DNA of 64,000 bases from a virus. The notes beneath the pieces are model-generated. The model was not told the DNA's origin and ran no database searches. It saw nothing but the letters and a program-made list of their open reading frames with translations. Below, piece by piece: positions 9,664 through 19,976 of the stretch. The DNA lies in the IMG/VR virus record IMGVR_UViG_3300016476_001599, positions 32,001 to 96,000 of that record; one strand, given 5' to 3'. Both the position numbers and the translations under genes were made by a program. Each line of letters starts with the position of its first letter. The stretch's first letter is position 1.

Positions 9664-11898
9664 GTGTCTAGTCTCCTCGACATTCACTCCAGTTTAACGT
9701 ATTCCGTGATAGCCCCCTACATAGGGCTAGAGCCTTTTGACATATACACGGCTGCGGGAAAGTGCCCGTATTGCGGTGAAAACTCTTGGAACATCTACCA
9801 AGATAGCAGATATCTGGAAGAATCGCACTACTGTTCTGATTGCAAAAAAGCCGGGACCGTGCTGGGTCTTGCGGCTTCGCGGCTTAAAATGTCTCAAGTC
9901 GAGACGATTAAATATCTGTACACCAAGCTTGAGTACCAAGTGCCGGAGAAATTCGTAACCGATTTTGATCGCGTGCAGAACCGGCAAGATCGGGTTAACA
10001 CCATCTGGCAAACAGCCCAGAATGAAATGATGAAGCCGACTTCTCCCGGCCTAGAACTGCTGCATTACTACGGTTTGCGACCGGATCGCATGAGTCGCGA
10101 AAGATTTTTATCCGGTCCAGGTTCGCTTTTCGGCACGATCACCGGCAGCGAAATACGAAAACTTTTTCTGGAACCACAATTTAGGACGCACAAACGTGCA
10201 ATACTCGTCGTTCCGTGCTACCGAAACCCTAAAGACATTGGCTATGTAACGCTTACAACGCAAGACGGCGAAATTGCGCCGGGCGTCAAACTTTGCATCA
10301 GTGACATAGCGTTTTCTGGGCTTCAGCTGTTGCATCGCTTCCAAGCACCATTCGTGATTGTAACATCGATGATGACAAATTATTTGCAGTTACAAAACAT
10401 GAACTTCACAACTAGCGACGTGCCTTTACCGATGTTCGGTTGGACAAAACCTGCAAGGTCCTTTTGCAAGTCACAATGGTGCATCGCTGAGGGTAAATTA
10501 CCTATCTTTTGGGAAAAGTATCCTACCCCCATAATCCTGCACCAGGCGATGATGCTCGGGGCTAAGCTGTCTTTTGTCGGTCCGGAACCGCTTCGAAGGC
10601 AGAACGGGCAGGTGTCTCGCGAGAATTGGAACAGTTGGCTGCGGCACGATCCGCCTGCAGATATAGTGCGACGAATCGCCAACAACGCCAAACCCTATGA
10701 AAAAGCCTTGTCGGACTGGCTTAAAACCGCATCACACGACAAAAAAGCTCAGTTGATGGCCGACTGCGATAACTACGGTGAAAGCGTTTCAAAGCTAGTT
10801 CGATCGCACCTGGACCCGAACTTCAAGTCCTCTTTCTCTCGTCGCGTGAACGTCCCAACGCGGCACGGCGCCGGTAACCGGTTTACGCACGGACACACCG
10901 TTGTCGTCGAGCGTGACGGCAAGTGGTTCAACTTGCAGAATGTTGTTAAGTTTCCAGGGACACTTCGCGTAAGCCACGTGGTAGTGCGACCAGACGGCGA
11001 GAAGGAACACGTCGGAGTTTTCAGGATAAACAGGACTGAAATACCTTTTCGCGTCGAAGAAAAGAAAGGAACTCTTCGGTATTTCGTTGAGCTGGCACTT
11101 TCCAACGAGATACCTGTTTTCCTGCCGCACGAGGCACCCCTTTGGACGATGAGAGCTTGCGAAAGCTTTGAACCTTTAGCCGTAGCTTGTCGAATTGAGG
11201 AGCCGCAGATAGTGAAAGGTTTGGACCGCATTGGGTGGGATCCGGAAGGCTTTCAACTATACGGTACAAAAGTCGTCAAGGGCGTTTTCAAGACGACGCC
11301 GCCTTATACCTTCTCGGACGCGGTTCCTGGCCCGCGCCAGAGTTATTGCAAACTGACGGAAGACGTACAAGAGTCACTGCAGAAACCAGGGCCTGAAATG
11401 GAAATAGTCTGGGCGACAGCGATAGCAATGTGTGCGCAGATTACGGCCAGCGTTGGCAAGAAGACTCCGCACGGTGTCGCCATTACGCGAACGGAATACG
11501 ACTCGTTTCTGCACCAGCTGTTTGTTCGTTTCGACTTGCGAGAAGGACCCTTGGGACCGTGGAAACACCATTGGCCGCGTAAAGTAGAGAAACTAAGCGT
11601 GGCGGTTAAAAAGTGTGCCGACAACTATTTTGTGGCTTTTAATGACAAGCCCGGGGCGTCAGAAGTTGTCGAGGTTTATGCCGAAGACGAGAACCTTGAA
11701 GCTCGCCTATTGTCGCACAGTGCGGACAAGATAGCGATAAATTACTTGAAGCACTTTACACGGCAAGAGCTTCCCAAGGGTGTTCGGATGTACAAAGGCT
11801 GGTTAGATCTTACACGCAAGCTTTTCGGCGAGTTGTTCGACTTCGTACCTTGCGAAATGTTGGACAAGGCTTATTGCAGGTTGAAAGTCAATTCCTAG
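9664..11898 (+). CDS. Large protein with N-terminal primase-like zinc finger
   Basis: 744 aa; CPYC...HYCSDC...G at N-terminus; no clear TOPRIM acidic motifs. Confidence 0.6.
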   Translation: MSSLLDIHSSLTYSVIAPYIGLEPFDIYTAAGKCPYCGENSWNIYQDSRYLEESHYCSDCKKAGTVLGLAASRLKMSQVETIKYLYTKLEYQVPEKFVTDFDRVQNRQDRVNTIWQTAQNEMMKPTSPGLELLHYYGLRPDRMSRERFLSGPGSLFGTITGSEIRKLFLEPQFRTHKRAILVVPCYRNPKDIGYVTLTTQDGEIAPGVKLCISDIAFSGLQLLHRFQAPFVIVTSMMTNYLQLQNMNFTTSDVPLPMFGWTKPARSFCKSQWCIAEGKLPIFWEKYPTPIILHQAMMLGAKLSFVGPEPLRRQNGQVSRENWNSWLRHDPPADIVRRIANNAKPYEKALSDWLKTASHDKKAQLMADCDNYGESVSKLVRSHLDPNFKSSFSRRVNVPTRHGAGNRFTHGHTVVVERDGKWFNLQNVVKFPGTLRVSHVVVRPDGEKEHVGVFRINRTEIPFRVEEKKGTLRYFVELALSNEIPVFLPHEAPLWTMRACESFEPLAVACRIEEPQIVKGLDRIGWDPEGFQLYGTKVVKGVFKTTPPYTFSDAVPGPRQSYCKLTEDVQESLQKPGPEMEIVWATAIAMCAQITASVGKKTPHGVAITRTEYDSFLHQLFVRFDLREGPLGPWKHHWPRKVEKLSVAVKKCADNYFVAFNDKPGASEVVEVYAEDENLEARLLSHSADKIAINYLKHFTRQELPKGVRMYKGWLDLTRKLFGELFDFVPCEMLDKAYCRLKVNS

Positions 11899-11937
11899 CT
11901 GCGTGATAATTAGATAAGCTGCAAACGCACATATCGC

Positions 11938-13905
11938 TCAGTACCAGTCCATGTCGCGAACACCCTGCGTCGAGGCTACCACATCCTCGCTTAGGGATAT
12001 GTCCTTGTAGGCGGAAAGGTCCGGAAATCTTCCGGCCATTTGGAACAACATCATGGAACCCATCGTGACGGCTTGCGCGAAATCGTCGGGACCGGCAGGG
12101 TCGCGTAGAATCTTATAAGTGTCGCGACCAGAGGCCGACTCGCTTTTGTCTTCTATAAGATTCAAAAAGTCGTGAAGCAGGCCAACGTCGTCCGAACCTC
12201 GGTAATCGTATTCAAAGAACCGCAACACCCCGCTTTTCACAAACTGGCAGCAGTAGTTTAACGCTCTGTTCCGGTCCATCGCGTAATGCGCACGCGGATG
12301 CTTTTCGGTTGCGGGCTTGAAAACGATCAAACCGCCCTTAGCCGGTCCGGTATATGCCACAGGTAAAATGCGGTCACGGGGTAGCCCTTCTTGAACGAGC
12401 AGCGTCTCGCGGACGGTACCTGCCCCGGTGTAATCGTGCACAACGTGCGAGCAGCGGAAAGCCGACATGATGTTCAGAATCAAGCGAGCCTCCCTCTCGT
12501 GTTCGTGTGGATGCAGACTGCGGTAACCGTAGATAATGTCGACTCGTCCGTCCGGGCAAAGCCCGCACACGGCTATCGAGGTATAAGACTGCAGCGCAAG
12601 GTCGCTCTTACCGTTGCTTACGCCGCCCCCACCCCAGTCGACCGAAACAAAACGATACAGGTAGCTGTCGATGTTCGTCTTCGCCGTTTCAAGCGAGTTT
12701 CTCCAAGGTAAGCAGGCGGCACGCTTTAGGTCCGTGATGGTAACAAGCTTACTGCCACTGTCCCACGACTCGCCGCACACCTCGTTGTAAAAAACGTGAA
12801 TGGGCGTGTTTCCTTTACCGTCCCGCTTGTCAACTAGCGTTTGCCACTTTTCGCGGTTCGCGTAGTGCATTGGCATGATGATCTGCGGCACGTGGTAGCC
12901 TGCAAAGCTCCATCGTTTGTCCCCGTAGCGGTGCAGCCATCGGCCCGTTCCGCCTTGATAGGCAGGTCTAGGATTGATAGGTTTTGTGCATTTAGCACAA
13001 CTGACGCCAGGAGACGTTTCGCTAATATCATCCCGGACGGGACCTATCATCTTAAGTAAGTCGTACTCAAGCGACGGTATGTTCCAGTGGCCGCAACCCC
13101 CGTGCGGGCACTTTATAATCCACTCGGCCATGGAGCTATCGATCCAAAGCCTTTCGATCGTGTTGTCAAGCGTCTTTGGCGTTCCCGCGTACTGTTTGAT
13201 ACCCCAGCTACGCGAAGCGGAAATGGTTTCGTGGATGATCGGTAAAAACGAAATATCCATGTCCTGGATTTCATCGATACAATTCTTGTCGGCAGAGATA
13301 CCCCGTGTTCTTTCAGCGTCAAGGTAGGCGAAAGAGAAAAGCATTTGCGACCGGTTTTTAAACGATCGTTGCAGCACGTTGTTTACCGTTTTCTCGTCAG
13401 TGAACAACTTGCCAACGGGGCTGGTTTCAATGAACGGGGCAACGTAGTTCTGTGAAAAACGCCGGATCATTTCGAACAACGGCGTAAGAAAAAGCGTGCT
13501 AAAATACGGAATACAGTTTGAGAAGAGGACGCCTTGCGCCGCAAGAGACGTGCTTTTTGACACTTGTCGACCTGTCTTTAGCAGCGTCGTCCTCGCCATT
13601 CTAGTTCTAAAGAAAGGAGCAAAAGGAAAGTGATCGTGTAAATGATAAGGTTTGCCACGGATGGAAAGCAGTAGTGGTAGCAAGGGCTGAAGCGTCGGAT
13701 AACCTGACGACCTCAGCATAAATGCCGCCAAGTGAAGTCTACGATCCAGCTGGTTTTTTAACGCCGGTGATCTGTAGCCCATCTCCCGTGCGACGGCTGT
13801 CAGCTTGTTTTCGCTGATTATGTACGGGTCGTGTGCCTGTTCTTCCGCCAAAACCTGGCTGGAAGTTTTTCTGGCGTTTTTGATTTGATCGTAGGAGGAT
13901 GTCAT
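11938..13905 (-). CDS. terL: Terminase large subunit (GpA-like)
   Basis: KTGRQVSKST Walker A, DEIQD Walker B, GTPKT, Zn ribbon CPHGGC...CAKC, nuclease VDWGGG and DDFAQA. Confidence 0.85.
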   Translation of the reverse strand: MTSSYDQIKNARKTSSQVLAEEQAHDPYIISENKLTAVAREMGYRSPALKNQLDRRLHLAAFMLRSSGYPTLQPLLPLLLSIRGKPYHLHDHFPFAPFFRTRMARTTLLKTGRQVSKSTSLAAQGVLFSNCIPYFSTLFLTPLFEMIRRFSQNYVAPFIETSPVGKLFTDEKTVNNVLQRSFKNRSQMLFSFAYLDAERTRGISADKNCIDEIQDMDISFLPIIHETISASRSWGIKQYAGTPKTLDNTIERLWIDSSMAEWIIKCPHGGCGHWNIPSLEYDLLKMIGPVRDDISETSPGVSCAKCTKPINPRPAYQGGTGRWLHRYGDKRWSFAGYHVPQIIMPMHYANREKWQTLVDKRDGKGNTPIHVFYNEVCGESWDSGSKLVTITDLKRAACLPWRNSLETAKTNIDSYLYRFVSVDWGGGGVSNGKSDLALQSYTSIAVCGLCPDGRVDIIYGYRSLHPHEHEREARLILNIMSAFRCSHVVHDYTGAGTVRETLLVQEGLPRDRILPVAYTGPAKGGLIVFKPATEKHPRAHYAMDRNRALNYCCQFVKSGVLRFFEYDYRGSDDVGLLHDFLNLIEDKSESASGRDTYKILRDPAGPDDFAQAVTMGSMMLFQMAGRFPDLSAYKDISLSEDVVASTQGVRDMDWY

Positions 13906-13906
13906 C

Positions 13907-14071
13907 TTGAAGTTAAGCGATACTGTGTTTGACTTACTGTCCCTCACAGCCAAGAGTATAATCGGAGTAGCGGCCCTAACCGCCAAGTTGGTGATTCTTA
14001 TTGGCGGCGGCTTATTAGCTGTCGTGATGAGAATCAATGATATGGTTTTCAGTTCGACGGACAAAGAGTAA
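13907..14071 (+). CDS. Small membrane protein (not in ORF track)
   Basis: AGGAGG at 13893-13898, TTG start; 54 aa with hydrophobic IIGVAALTAKLVILIGGGLLAVV. Confidence 0.5.
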   Translation: MKLSDTVFDLLSLTAKSIIGVAALTAKLVILIGGGLLAVVMRINDMVFSSTDKE

Positions 14072-14091
14072 CTAGCAGCGGGGGAGGCCAC

Positions 14092-14319
14092 ATGCCTACC
14101 AGAAGTTCTTTCGCCTACAGCCGGAGAAAACAATTGCGACCGTTAAATTGGCCGTCGCCTAGATTGGCTCCAAAACAGTTGCTGATCAATCAAACCGAGG
14201 TCCCGAGCGGTAAACCTTTGGAGGAATTGATAGCAGGCGAAGGGGCGCCCCCCTCTGATCGAGTTAGATTAAATAGTTGGTCTCCTCCGATCCCTTCGGA
14301 GGAAGATGGTAATGAATAA
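14092..14319 (+). CDS. Hypothetical protein
   Basis: GGAGG SD before ATG. Confidence 0.5.
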   Translation: MPTRSSFAYSRRKQLRPLNWPSPRLAPKQLLINQTEVPSGKPLEELIAGEGAPPSDRVRLNSWSPPIPSEEDGNE

Positions 14320-14446
14320 AACGATAGCGGTTTGGTTTCTCGGTTTACTGTGCACCGGTTGTTACCTGTGTGCTACGGGTGACATCGGTCTAGGCATCAT
14401 GGCCTTTTTGATGCTTTTCGGTTCGTTAAAAATAGTAAACGGGTAA
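14312..14446 (+). CDS. Small two-TM protein (not in ORF track)
   Basis: MNKTIAVWFLGLLCTGCYLCATGDIGLGIMAFLMLFGSLKIVNG; coupled to the previous stop. Confidence 0.45.
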   Translation: MNKTIAVWFLGLLCTGCYLCATGDIGLGIMAFLMLFGSLKIVNG

Positions 14447-14450
14447 ACCC

Positions 14451-14798
14451 ATGGAATTGATCGTTGCAGCCTTGGCTACGTGGCAAATAATAGAGATATG
14501 GCATCACTCCTTACTGTTCGCCGGAAGGCGGGCCGTCGTGGAGACCTGGACAGGCAAACTCGGGGAACTCCTGGTTTGTTGTTTTTGCTTATCTCCCTGG
14601 GTCGCACTTTTGTGCGTCTTTATCTTGCAAATTCAAGGCACCGGGTTGGCCGTTTGGTTCGCTAAAGCCGTAATTATGGCTCTAGCAGCAGCCAGACTGG
14701 CCAATCTGGGCAACGATTATTTCTACACCGTCTGTCGTACTCCCAAATTTAGTATCGACGACTTGAACCTCGAAGAAAAAGGTCAAAAAGATGAGTGA
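14451..14798 (+). CDS. DUF1360-like membrane protein
   Basis: ALATWQI...GELLVCCFCLSPWVA with hydrophobic segments. Confidence 0.55.
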   Translation: MELIVAALATWQIIEIWHHSLLFAGRRAVVETWTGKLGELLVCCFCLSPWVALLCVFILQIQGTGLAVWFAKAVIMALAAARLANLGNDYFYTVCRTPKFSIDDLNLEEKGQKDE

Positions 14799-16866
14799 CA
14801 ACAAGGCAACGCTAGCAAGAAATTTTAAACTGCAATCAGCGATGGCTGCCGCGGCGATGCTTGGTTACGGCGGCGAACTTATGCGCAGCGTTGGATCGCG
14901 TAGCGAACCAGCAACGCCTTCTCGCCCGTGCGTGAACTGCGGCAAAGAAAAGCAACACAACAACGCGTACTGCAGCAGAGATTGCTGTCGCAAACACAGG
15001 GCTAAGAAGAATTTTAGGTTTGCGTTGGCGTACGGCGTAGGTAGAACCGATTTCTACGTCGCAGAAGACGCCCAAACGGACTTGTACGATAGCCCGAGAA
15101 AGTAGCGGGTCGAAATGTCTGAAGAAAACAAATACTACGTTCATCCGCAAGAAACGTGGAGCAAAGCAGAGTGCGAAAAAAGGGCTAAACATTACGCCCG
15201 CGATGGTCTCGGGACCAAATACCCGTTTCCAGGTTATTTGGGTTCCTCTGCTTTCTCTCGCTCGCAATTCGGACGCACACGTTACAACGGCGGTTGCGTC
15301 ATAGACGGGGAATGGTATGTGGGCGAGGAAATACCTTTTCCAGTAATTCACGCGGATTACGAGATAGTCGTTGTCCGCACATGGGGTTGGCGAATTAGAA
15401 GGAAAGAAAAAAATCGATGCCTAGCCCGTACAAACTGTGCAAAGAACGCTGGAGTAAGTGCATTCAGCATTTACCAAGCGTCAAGGAAAAAACCAAGCAA
15501 GCCAAACGTAAGTTTAGACAGCTCGAAAGAGACGCTTTGCGAAAAGGGAAAGAGCCTCCGGTTAGCATTTCAGCCGGGGAACGCTACTAGCGAACGCAAA
15601 GTCTAGCGTATTAATTTCTCGACCAATAACACGAGTTGAAACATGCGAATACCGGATGAAATAAAACAAAACATTTTGCAGCGACTAGGCTACAAGCGAG
15701 AGAAAAGCAGTGCCAACGCAAACCGTGAGCTGGTGGAGCGTTGGCGACACCGGGACTGTCGGCGGAACACCAAAAGCTCGTCGCTTCTGTCTGTTTGGAG
15801 ACACATCGTTCGACACCGATTTGTAAAAGCCGATCGGAGATCCCGCAGTATTCGGTTTTGGTTGGACGAAGATTAAAAGAAAGAAGTTAAATGGTGATTC
15901 ACATTGCAGCGAAAGACATCCGTGTTGGCGACGAGGTCTACAATAAACACGCTAAGCACCCTGCTTTCCAGTGGACAAGGGTGCGGGAAATCAAGCCGAC
16001 ACAAGTAGCCGTAACACTTGAAGGCGGAAGTGTTAAAGAAGTGGAAGGCTTCGAGTTCAACTGCGGAGCTTATACTTTCACGTTGACTGCCCGGGAAGGT
16101 TTTTCTGTCCGAAGACTCCCGGACGTTTCTTCATCTGTTTGTAATTATTGAAAGGTTAAACCTATGGGCTTGAGCATGATGTTTGCGGTTGCACCGCTGT
16201 GCGAGCTGACGGACGAAAGAAAGAACGCTTTGAAAGAGATTATTAAGACTCTTGACGCTGAAGACTTCGAAGATTGCGCCGCTTTTCTTTACGACGCTAA
16301 CGTCGACGAAAAACGTGAACAACTTTTTGAATACGTTGTGGAGGTCTGCGAAAACCACGAACAGCCGGCGAAAGACGTGGGTTGGCTTCGCATAGATCCC
16401 ATGAATTACCTTTTGGGTATCACAGGCGCCCCGTCGCACGGGGACTCGCCTACCGACTCGTACGACGCTTTTAACGCTGTTAGCTGCATCGAACAGGTTT
16501 TCGATCAGCTTATAACGTGGGCGATCGAAGATTTTAAGCGGTCTAGCGATCGGTCGAGTGAAGCCTCTGATTGAGCTAGCGAGACGTAATCTTAGACCAT
16601 TGCGTGTTATCACAAGTACATAGTTGAAAGGAAACTGCGACGTGTCGCGACCGAAAGAGTACGACCCTCAGCAAGGGTATAAATATCAAATTTTTACTCG
16701 CCAAGCTTCTGGCGGCGAGAGAAGGTGGGAGCATTGCGACTACGCTGCAGACGTCAAAGAGCTCCGATACATTGTGCGAGAGCAGCGTACAGCTTATGGC
16801 CCGGATTTCAGGTTCCACTTTGTCAGACTTCCAAAAAAGTACTGGCCGCAGAAAAAACCTGCTTAA
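14791..16866 (+). other. Cluster of small hypothetical ORFs (14791-15105, 15115-15606, 15417-15590, 15643-15876, 15891-16151, 16164-16574, 16624-16866)
   Basis: Tandem same-strand short ORFs with short spacers. Confidence 0.55.
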
Positions 16867-16911
16867 CAACTTTTTGTTGCAAAACAGCACAACCTTTTAA
16901 AGAATTACACG

Positions 16912-17430
16912 ATGTCAAAGTTTAAAGACTTGTCAGAGCTCCTAGCCCATTTTCAAATTGAAAAGTGGGATATTTTGCTCATTGGAGATGGTTCGGGATC
17001 GGCGACAGGGCCTTGCGGCTGGGGCTGTATTTCGATTGAAAAAGAAGGCTTAAAGCGTTCAACGTGGAGTGGAAACTTGAGCGAGGGCACTGTAAATGTT
17101 GCCGAGTACATGGCTTACATTCAACCGCTCATTCACTTCTCGCGGCAGCAAACAAAAGCTGCCAGCTGCAAGTACGTTCACATCTTCACCGATAGTCAGG
17201 TGGTTGCAACCGCCAGTCCCAGTTTTGTCTGCGGCAAGTTCTTGACCAACTTCCTGGCGTTCGGTCTTATCGTTAAAACGCATTGGTTGCCACGCGAAAC
17301 GCTGCAAGGAAACAAGCTGGTCGACAAGATCAGTAAGTACGCTCGCGCCGACGCTAAAGGTGCTCGGTACGTTGAAAACGCCCTTTCCATAATGGGCAAG
17401 AAAGACATTTATGAAATCGAGCCTTCATGA
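16912..17430 (+). CDS. RNase HI-like protein
   Basis: IGDGS, NVAEYMA, FTDSQ, GNKLVD: the four RNase H acidic positions. Confidence 0.8.
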   Translation: MSKFKDLSELLAHFQIEKWDILLIGDGSGSATGPCGWGCISIEKEGLKRSTWSGNLSEGTVNVAEYMAYIQPLIHFSRQQTKAASCKYVHIFTDSQVVATASPSFVCGKFLTNFLAFGLIVKTHWLPRETLQGNKLVDKISKYARADAKGARYVENALSIMGKKDIYEIEPS

Positions 17431-18480
17431 ACATTGAGGATCTTCTCGCGGAGTTAGAAAACCCCGGGAGCAAAAAAGAAGTTCAAGCCGCCACCAAGCA
17501 AGAAGCAGTACCTGAGGCATTCGGCCCGGTTTTAAAAACGCTACCGTCGCGATCCAAAGACACAGTCTGCGGTATATGTCGCAGAAAGCTGACACCCGGA
17601 GATAAAAACTGGTGCCAAACGACTGAAACAACCAACTACTGGTGGTGCTGTTCTTGCGTTAAATCTTAGATAGTGGCGGCAACAAACCCTTGAAAAATAA
17701 ACAATGAAAGAAAATCAAAAAAAATTCGAATTATCGCTCACGGTTCAGTTCGATGTTGTTGATTCCAGCAAAACTGCCGATGAACGTGAAATTTTTATCA
17801 TAAGATTGATAAGAAAAATTGAAACCACAATACGAAATTCAATCGCAAATCCGGCCCGTGAAGACGAAGGTGTTACAGCTGTAAGGTCAGTCCAGATCAC
17901 GGGACTTCCTGAGTTGGTTCAAGACATAATGAAACTCGACGACGGGGAATAGAAATGACTTATCAAGATTTGCTTAATGCATTGAGCAAAATGACACCAG
18001 AACAACTGCAGTGTGACCTCACGGTTGAGGTTCCTGTTGATCACGGTTCTGTCGCCGCTTGGGGAAACGAGTGTTATCCTGCCGAATTGAAAATTTGCGA
18101 AGTGAACCACGGTGTATTGGACGAAGACCATCCCGTAATCCTTGTTAACAACTAAGAACCTTTTAGGTGTAGGAGCGACATGCTACCCAGATTCATTGTC
18201 ACGTCCGAAGGTAATGACGTAACTACCTCCGTACGCATAACAAAAATTCAAAACGGCTTTATCCTTCGCACTGGCGGAAAGCCAATACACTATCCTGAAA
18301 TTGGTGCCTTGGCGGACGCGGTTCGCGAAGGCATAATGGCTATTGATTGGGAGGAGGCAAAAGATGAACGAAGCGATCGAAAGCCTAAGAAATAGTCCGC
18401 ACGCGTTAATCGTTTTTGCTTTTTTCGTTGCCGCAATATCGGCTCTAACGCTGGCCGCAGTGGAAAGAAAGGCGGACTGA
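17427..18480 (+). other. Cluster of small hypothetical ORFs (17427-17669, 17704-17952, 17955-18155, 18180-18395, 18364-18480)
   Basis: Tandem short ORFs. Confidence 0.5.
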
Positions 18481-18543
18481 TGCTGCCGATCGAAGAATTT
18501 TATCCGTGAAAACACAAAACCTAACTTCGAGGAGTTCTCGTGA
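18480..18543 (+). pseudogene. Internally deleted remnant of the RENTKPNFE gene family
   Basis: ATG-coded MLPIEEF (cf. MLSIENF at 19375) abuts DNA coding IRENTKPNFEE (cf. end of 19375-19974). Confidence 0.65.
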
Positions 18544-19103
18544 TTTTAGCCAAAAGTGCAATTGAAAACGCGATCGAAAGCGGCGATATCAGCATAACAC
18601 CGTACTGCAAAAAGCAGCTTGGACCGAACTCGTACGATCTTCGGTTGAGCAAATACATTGCTACAAGTACCAGACCTTTACTTGATGCCAGGGCAAAACC
18701 TGTTTTCGAAACCGAAACAATCTCGGAAGAGGGTTACTTGCTTTTACCGGGCCAGCTTTATCTCATGGCTACGCAAGAAGTAACACACACTTCCAAGTAC
18801 GTTCCTTGCATCGAAGGCCGCTCCTCTATAGGCCGACTCGGAATTAACGTGCACGCCACAGCCGGTTTCGGGGACATCGGCTTCTATGGCACATGGACGC
18901 TGGAAGTCTCCTGCGTGATCCCTGTTCGAATCTACGCCGGAATGCGAATATGCCAAATTTACTTTTTCGAACCGCGTTTCTACGGTACAGCGCCAAGCCT
19001 TTACGACGGAAAATACGTTGCGCAGCAACTACCGCGTACAAGTGACGTGTATCTGGAGCAAGACGAGTGGTGCACCGTCGAATCAGCGAATATTGGAGGT
19101 TAA
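18540..19103 (+). CDS. dcd: dCTP deaminase
   Basis: PNSYDLRL, EGRSSIGRLG, AGFGDIGF.GTWTLE, ICQI, Y.GKY. Confidence 0.92.
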   Translation: MILAKSAIENAIESGDISITPYCKKQLGPNSYDLRLSKYIATSTRPLLDARAKPVFETETISEEGYLLLPGQLYLMATQEVTHTSKYVPCIEGRSSIGRLGINVHATAGFGDIGFYGTWTLEVSCVIPVRIYAGMRICQIYFFEPRFYGTAPSLYDGKYVAQQLPRTSDVYLEQDEWCTVESANIGG

Positions 19104-19107
19104 AGTG

Positions 19108-19323
19108 GTACACAAATGGCAACCCGGCGACAGGGTAACGCGAAACGTTTACATGGATGACGGGACTTTTAGTCGTGAAGGCGACAAGTGTTTACCGTTC
19201 AGCCCGAAATATCACGGTAAAGTGGTAAGACGCTCGCTGCACCGAGACGACGAGGTAGTTGTTGTTTTTGACGGAACAACTCGCGAGAAATGGTTTCTCG
19301 ATCATGGTTTACAGGCCGAATAA
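19108..19323 (+). CDS. Small SH3/KOW-like hypothetical protein
   Basis: GGAGG SD; WQPGDRV...GKVV...VVVFDG; start approximate. Confidence 0.45.
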   Translation, partial: VHKWQPGDRVTRNVYMDDGTFSREGDKCLPFSPKYHGKVVRRSLHRDDEVVVVFDGTTREKWFLDHGLQAE

Positions 19324-19338
19324 ATCTTAGCTACACCG

Positions 19339-19363
19339 AACCCGCCGCAAGGCGGGTTTTTTT
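19339..19363 (+). terminator. Intrinsic terminator
   Basis: CCCGCC-GCAA-GGCGGG followed by T7. Confidence 0.85.
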
Positions 19364-19374
19364 ATGGGGTTCTT

Positions 19375-19974
19375 ATGCTTTCGATTGAAAATTTTTGTGC
19401 TCTCAACAACGCATGCGAGGAAGGCCGTGAATGGGCCTTAGCGAATTGCACAGACATGCAGGACGTTTGGAACAAGTTGGACGACGATGAATGGTTCCTT
19501 TGGGTTGCTTGCCAGCCAGGTGTTTTAAGCGACAAAGAATTGCAGCTGTTTGCAGTTTACTGTATGGGGCAGGTTAAGCACATCTTAAGCGATCCGCGAC
19601 TCAAGGATGGCGTTGAAACCGCTGAAGGAATCCTGACTGGCGAAGCTGCGGTGGATGATTTATTTAGCTACGAAGCTTTCTTGCTTAACTTCTCTTTGCC
19701 AATTGATTTTCGCGAATTCCACGTGAACAGAGCCGCGCGGGGTGTTATGCGAATCATGCTTCCGAAGAACCGTTACAAGTCGAAGGATGCCGACGAGATT
19801 GCCTGGTCGTCGGCTTGGGCTGTTGCACGCGAAGCCGAGAGCCGCGAAGCCGAAAGCCAAAATTTTCGAAAAAGAAAAAACCCTCTTCGGGCGCGAGAAA
19901 AAGCCATGGCCGCCAATTTAAAAGACAAAGTCAAATGGCTTCGGGAAAACACAAAACCAAACTTTGAGGAGTAA
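19375..19974 (+). CDS. Phage SDKEL.LFAV.C family protein, paralog 1
   Basis: Shares WA..NC..MQD.W, QPGVLSDKEL.LFAV.C and WLRENT.PNFE with 20842-21558. Confidence 0.7.
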   Translation: MLSIENFCALNNACEEGREWALANCTDMQDVWNKLDDDEWFLWVACQPGVLSDKELQLFAVYCMGQVKHILSDPRLKDGVETAEGILTGEAAVDDLFSYEAFLLNFSLPIDFREFHVNRAARGVMRIMLPKNRYKSKDADEIAWSSAWAVAREAESREAESQNFRKRKNPLRAREKAMAANLKDKVKWLRENTKPNFEE

Positions 19975-19976
19975 AC

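Noticed and set aside
13906-14133. N-terminal extension of the terminase ORF to 14133
   Set aside because: It overlaps + strand ORFs with good SD sequences; ATG 13905 is the more plausible start
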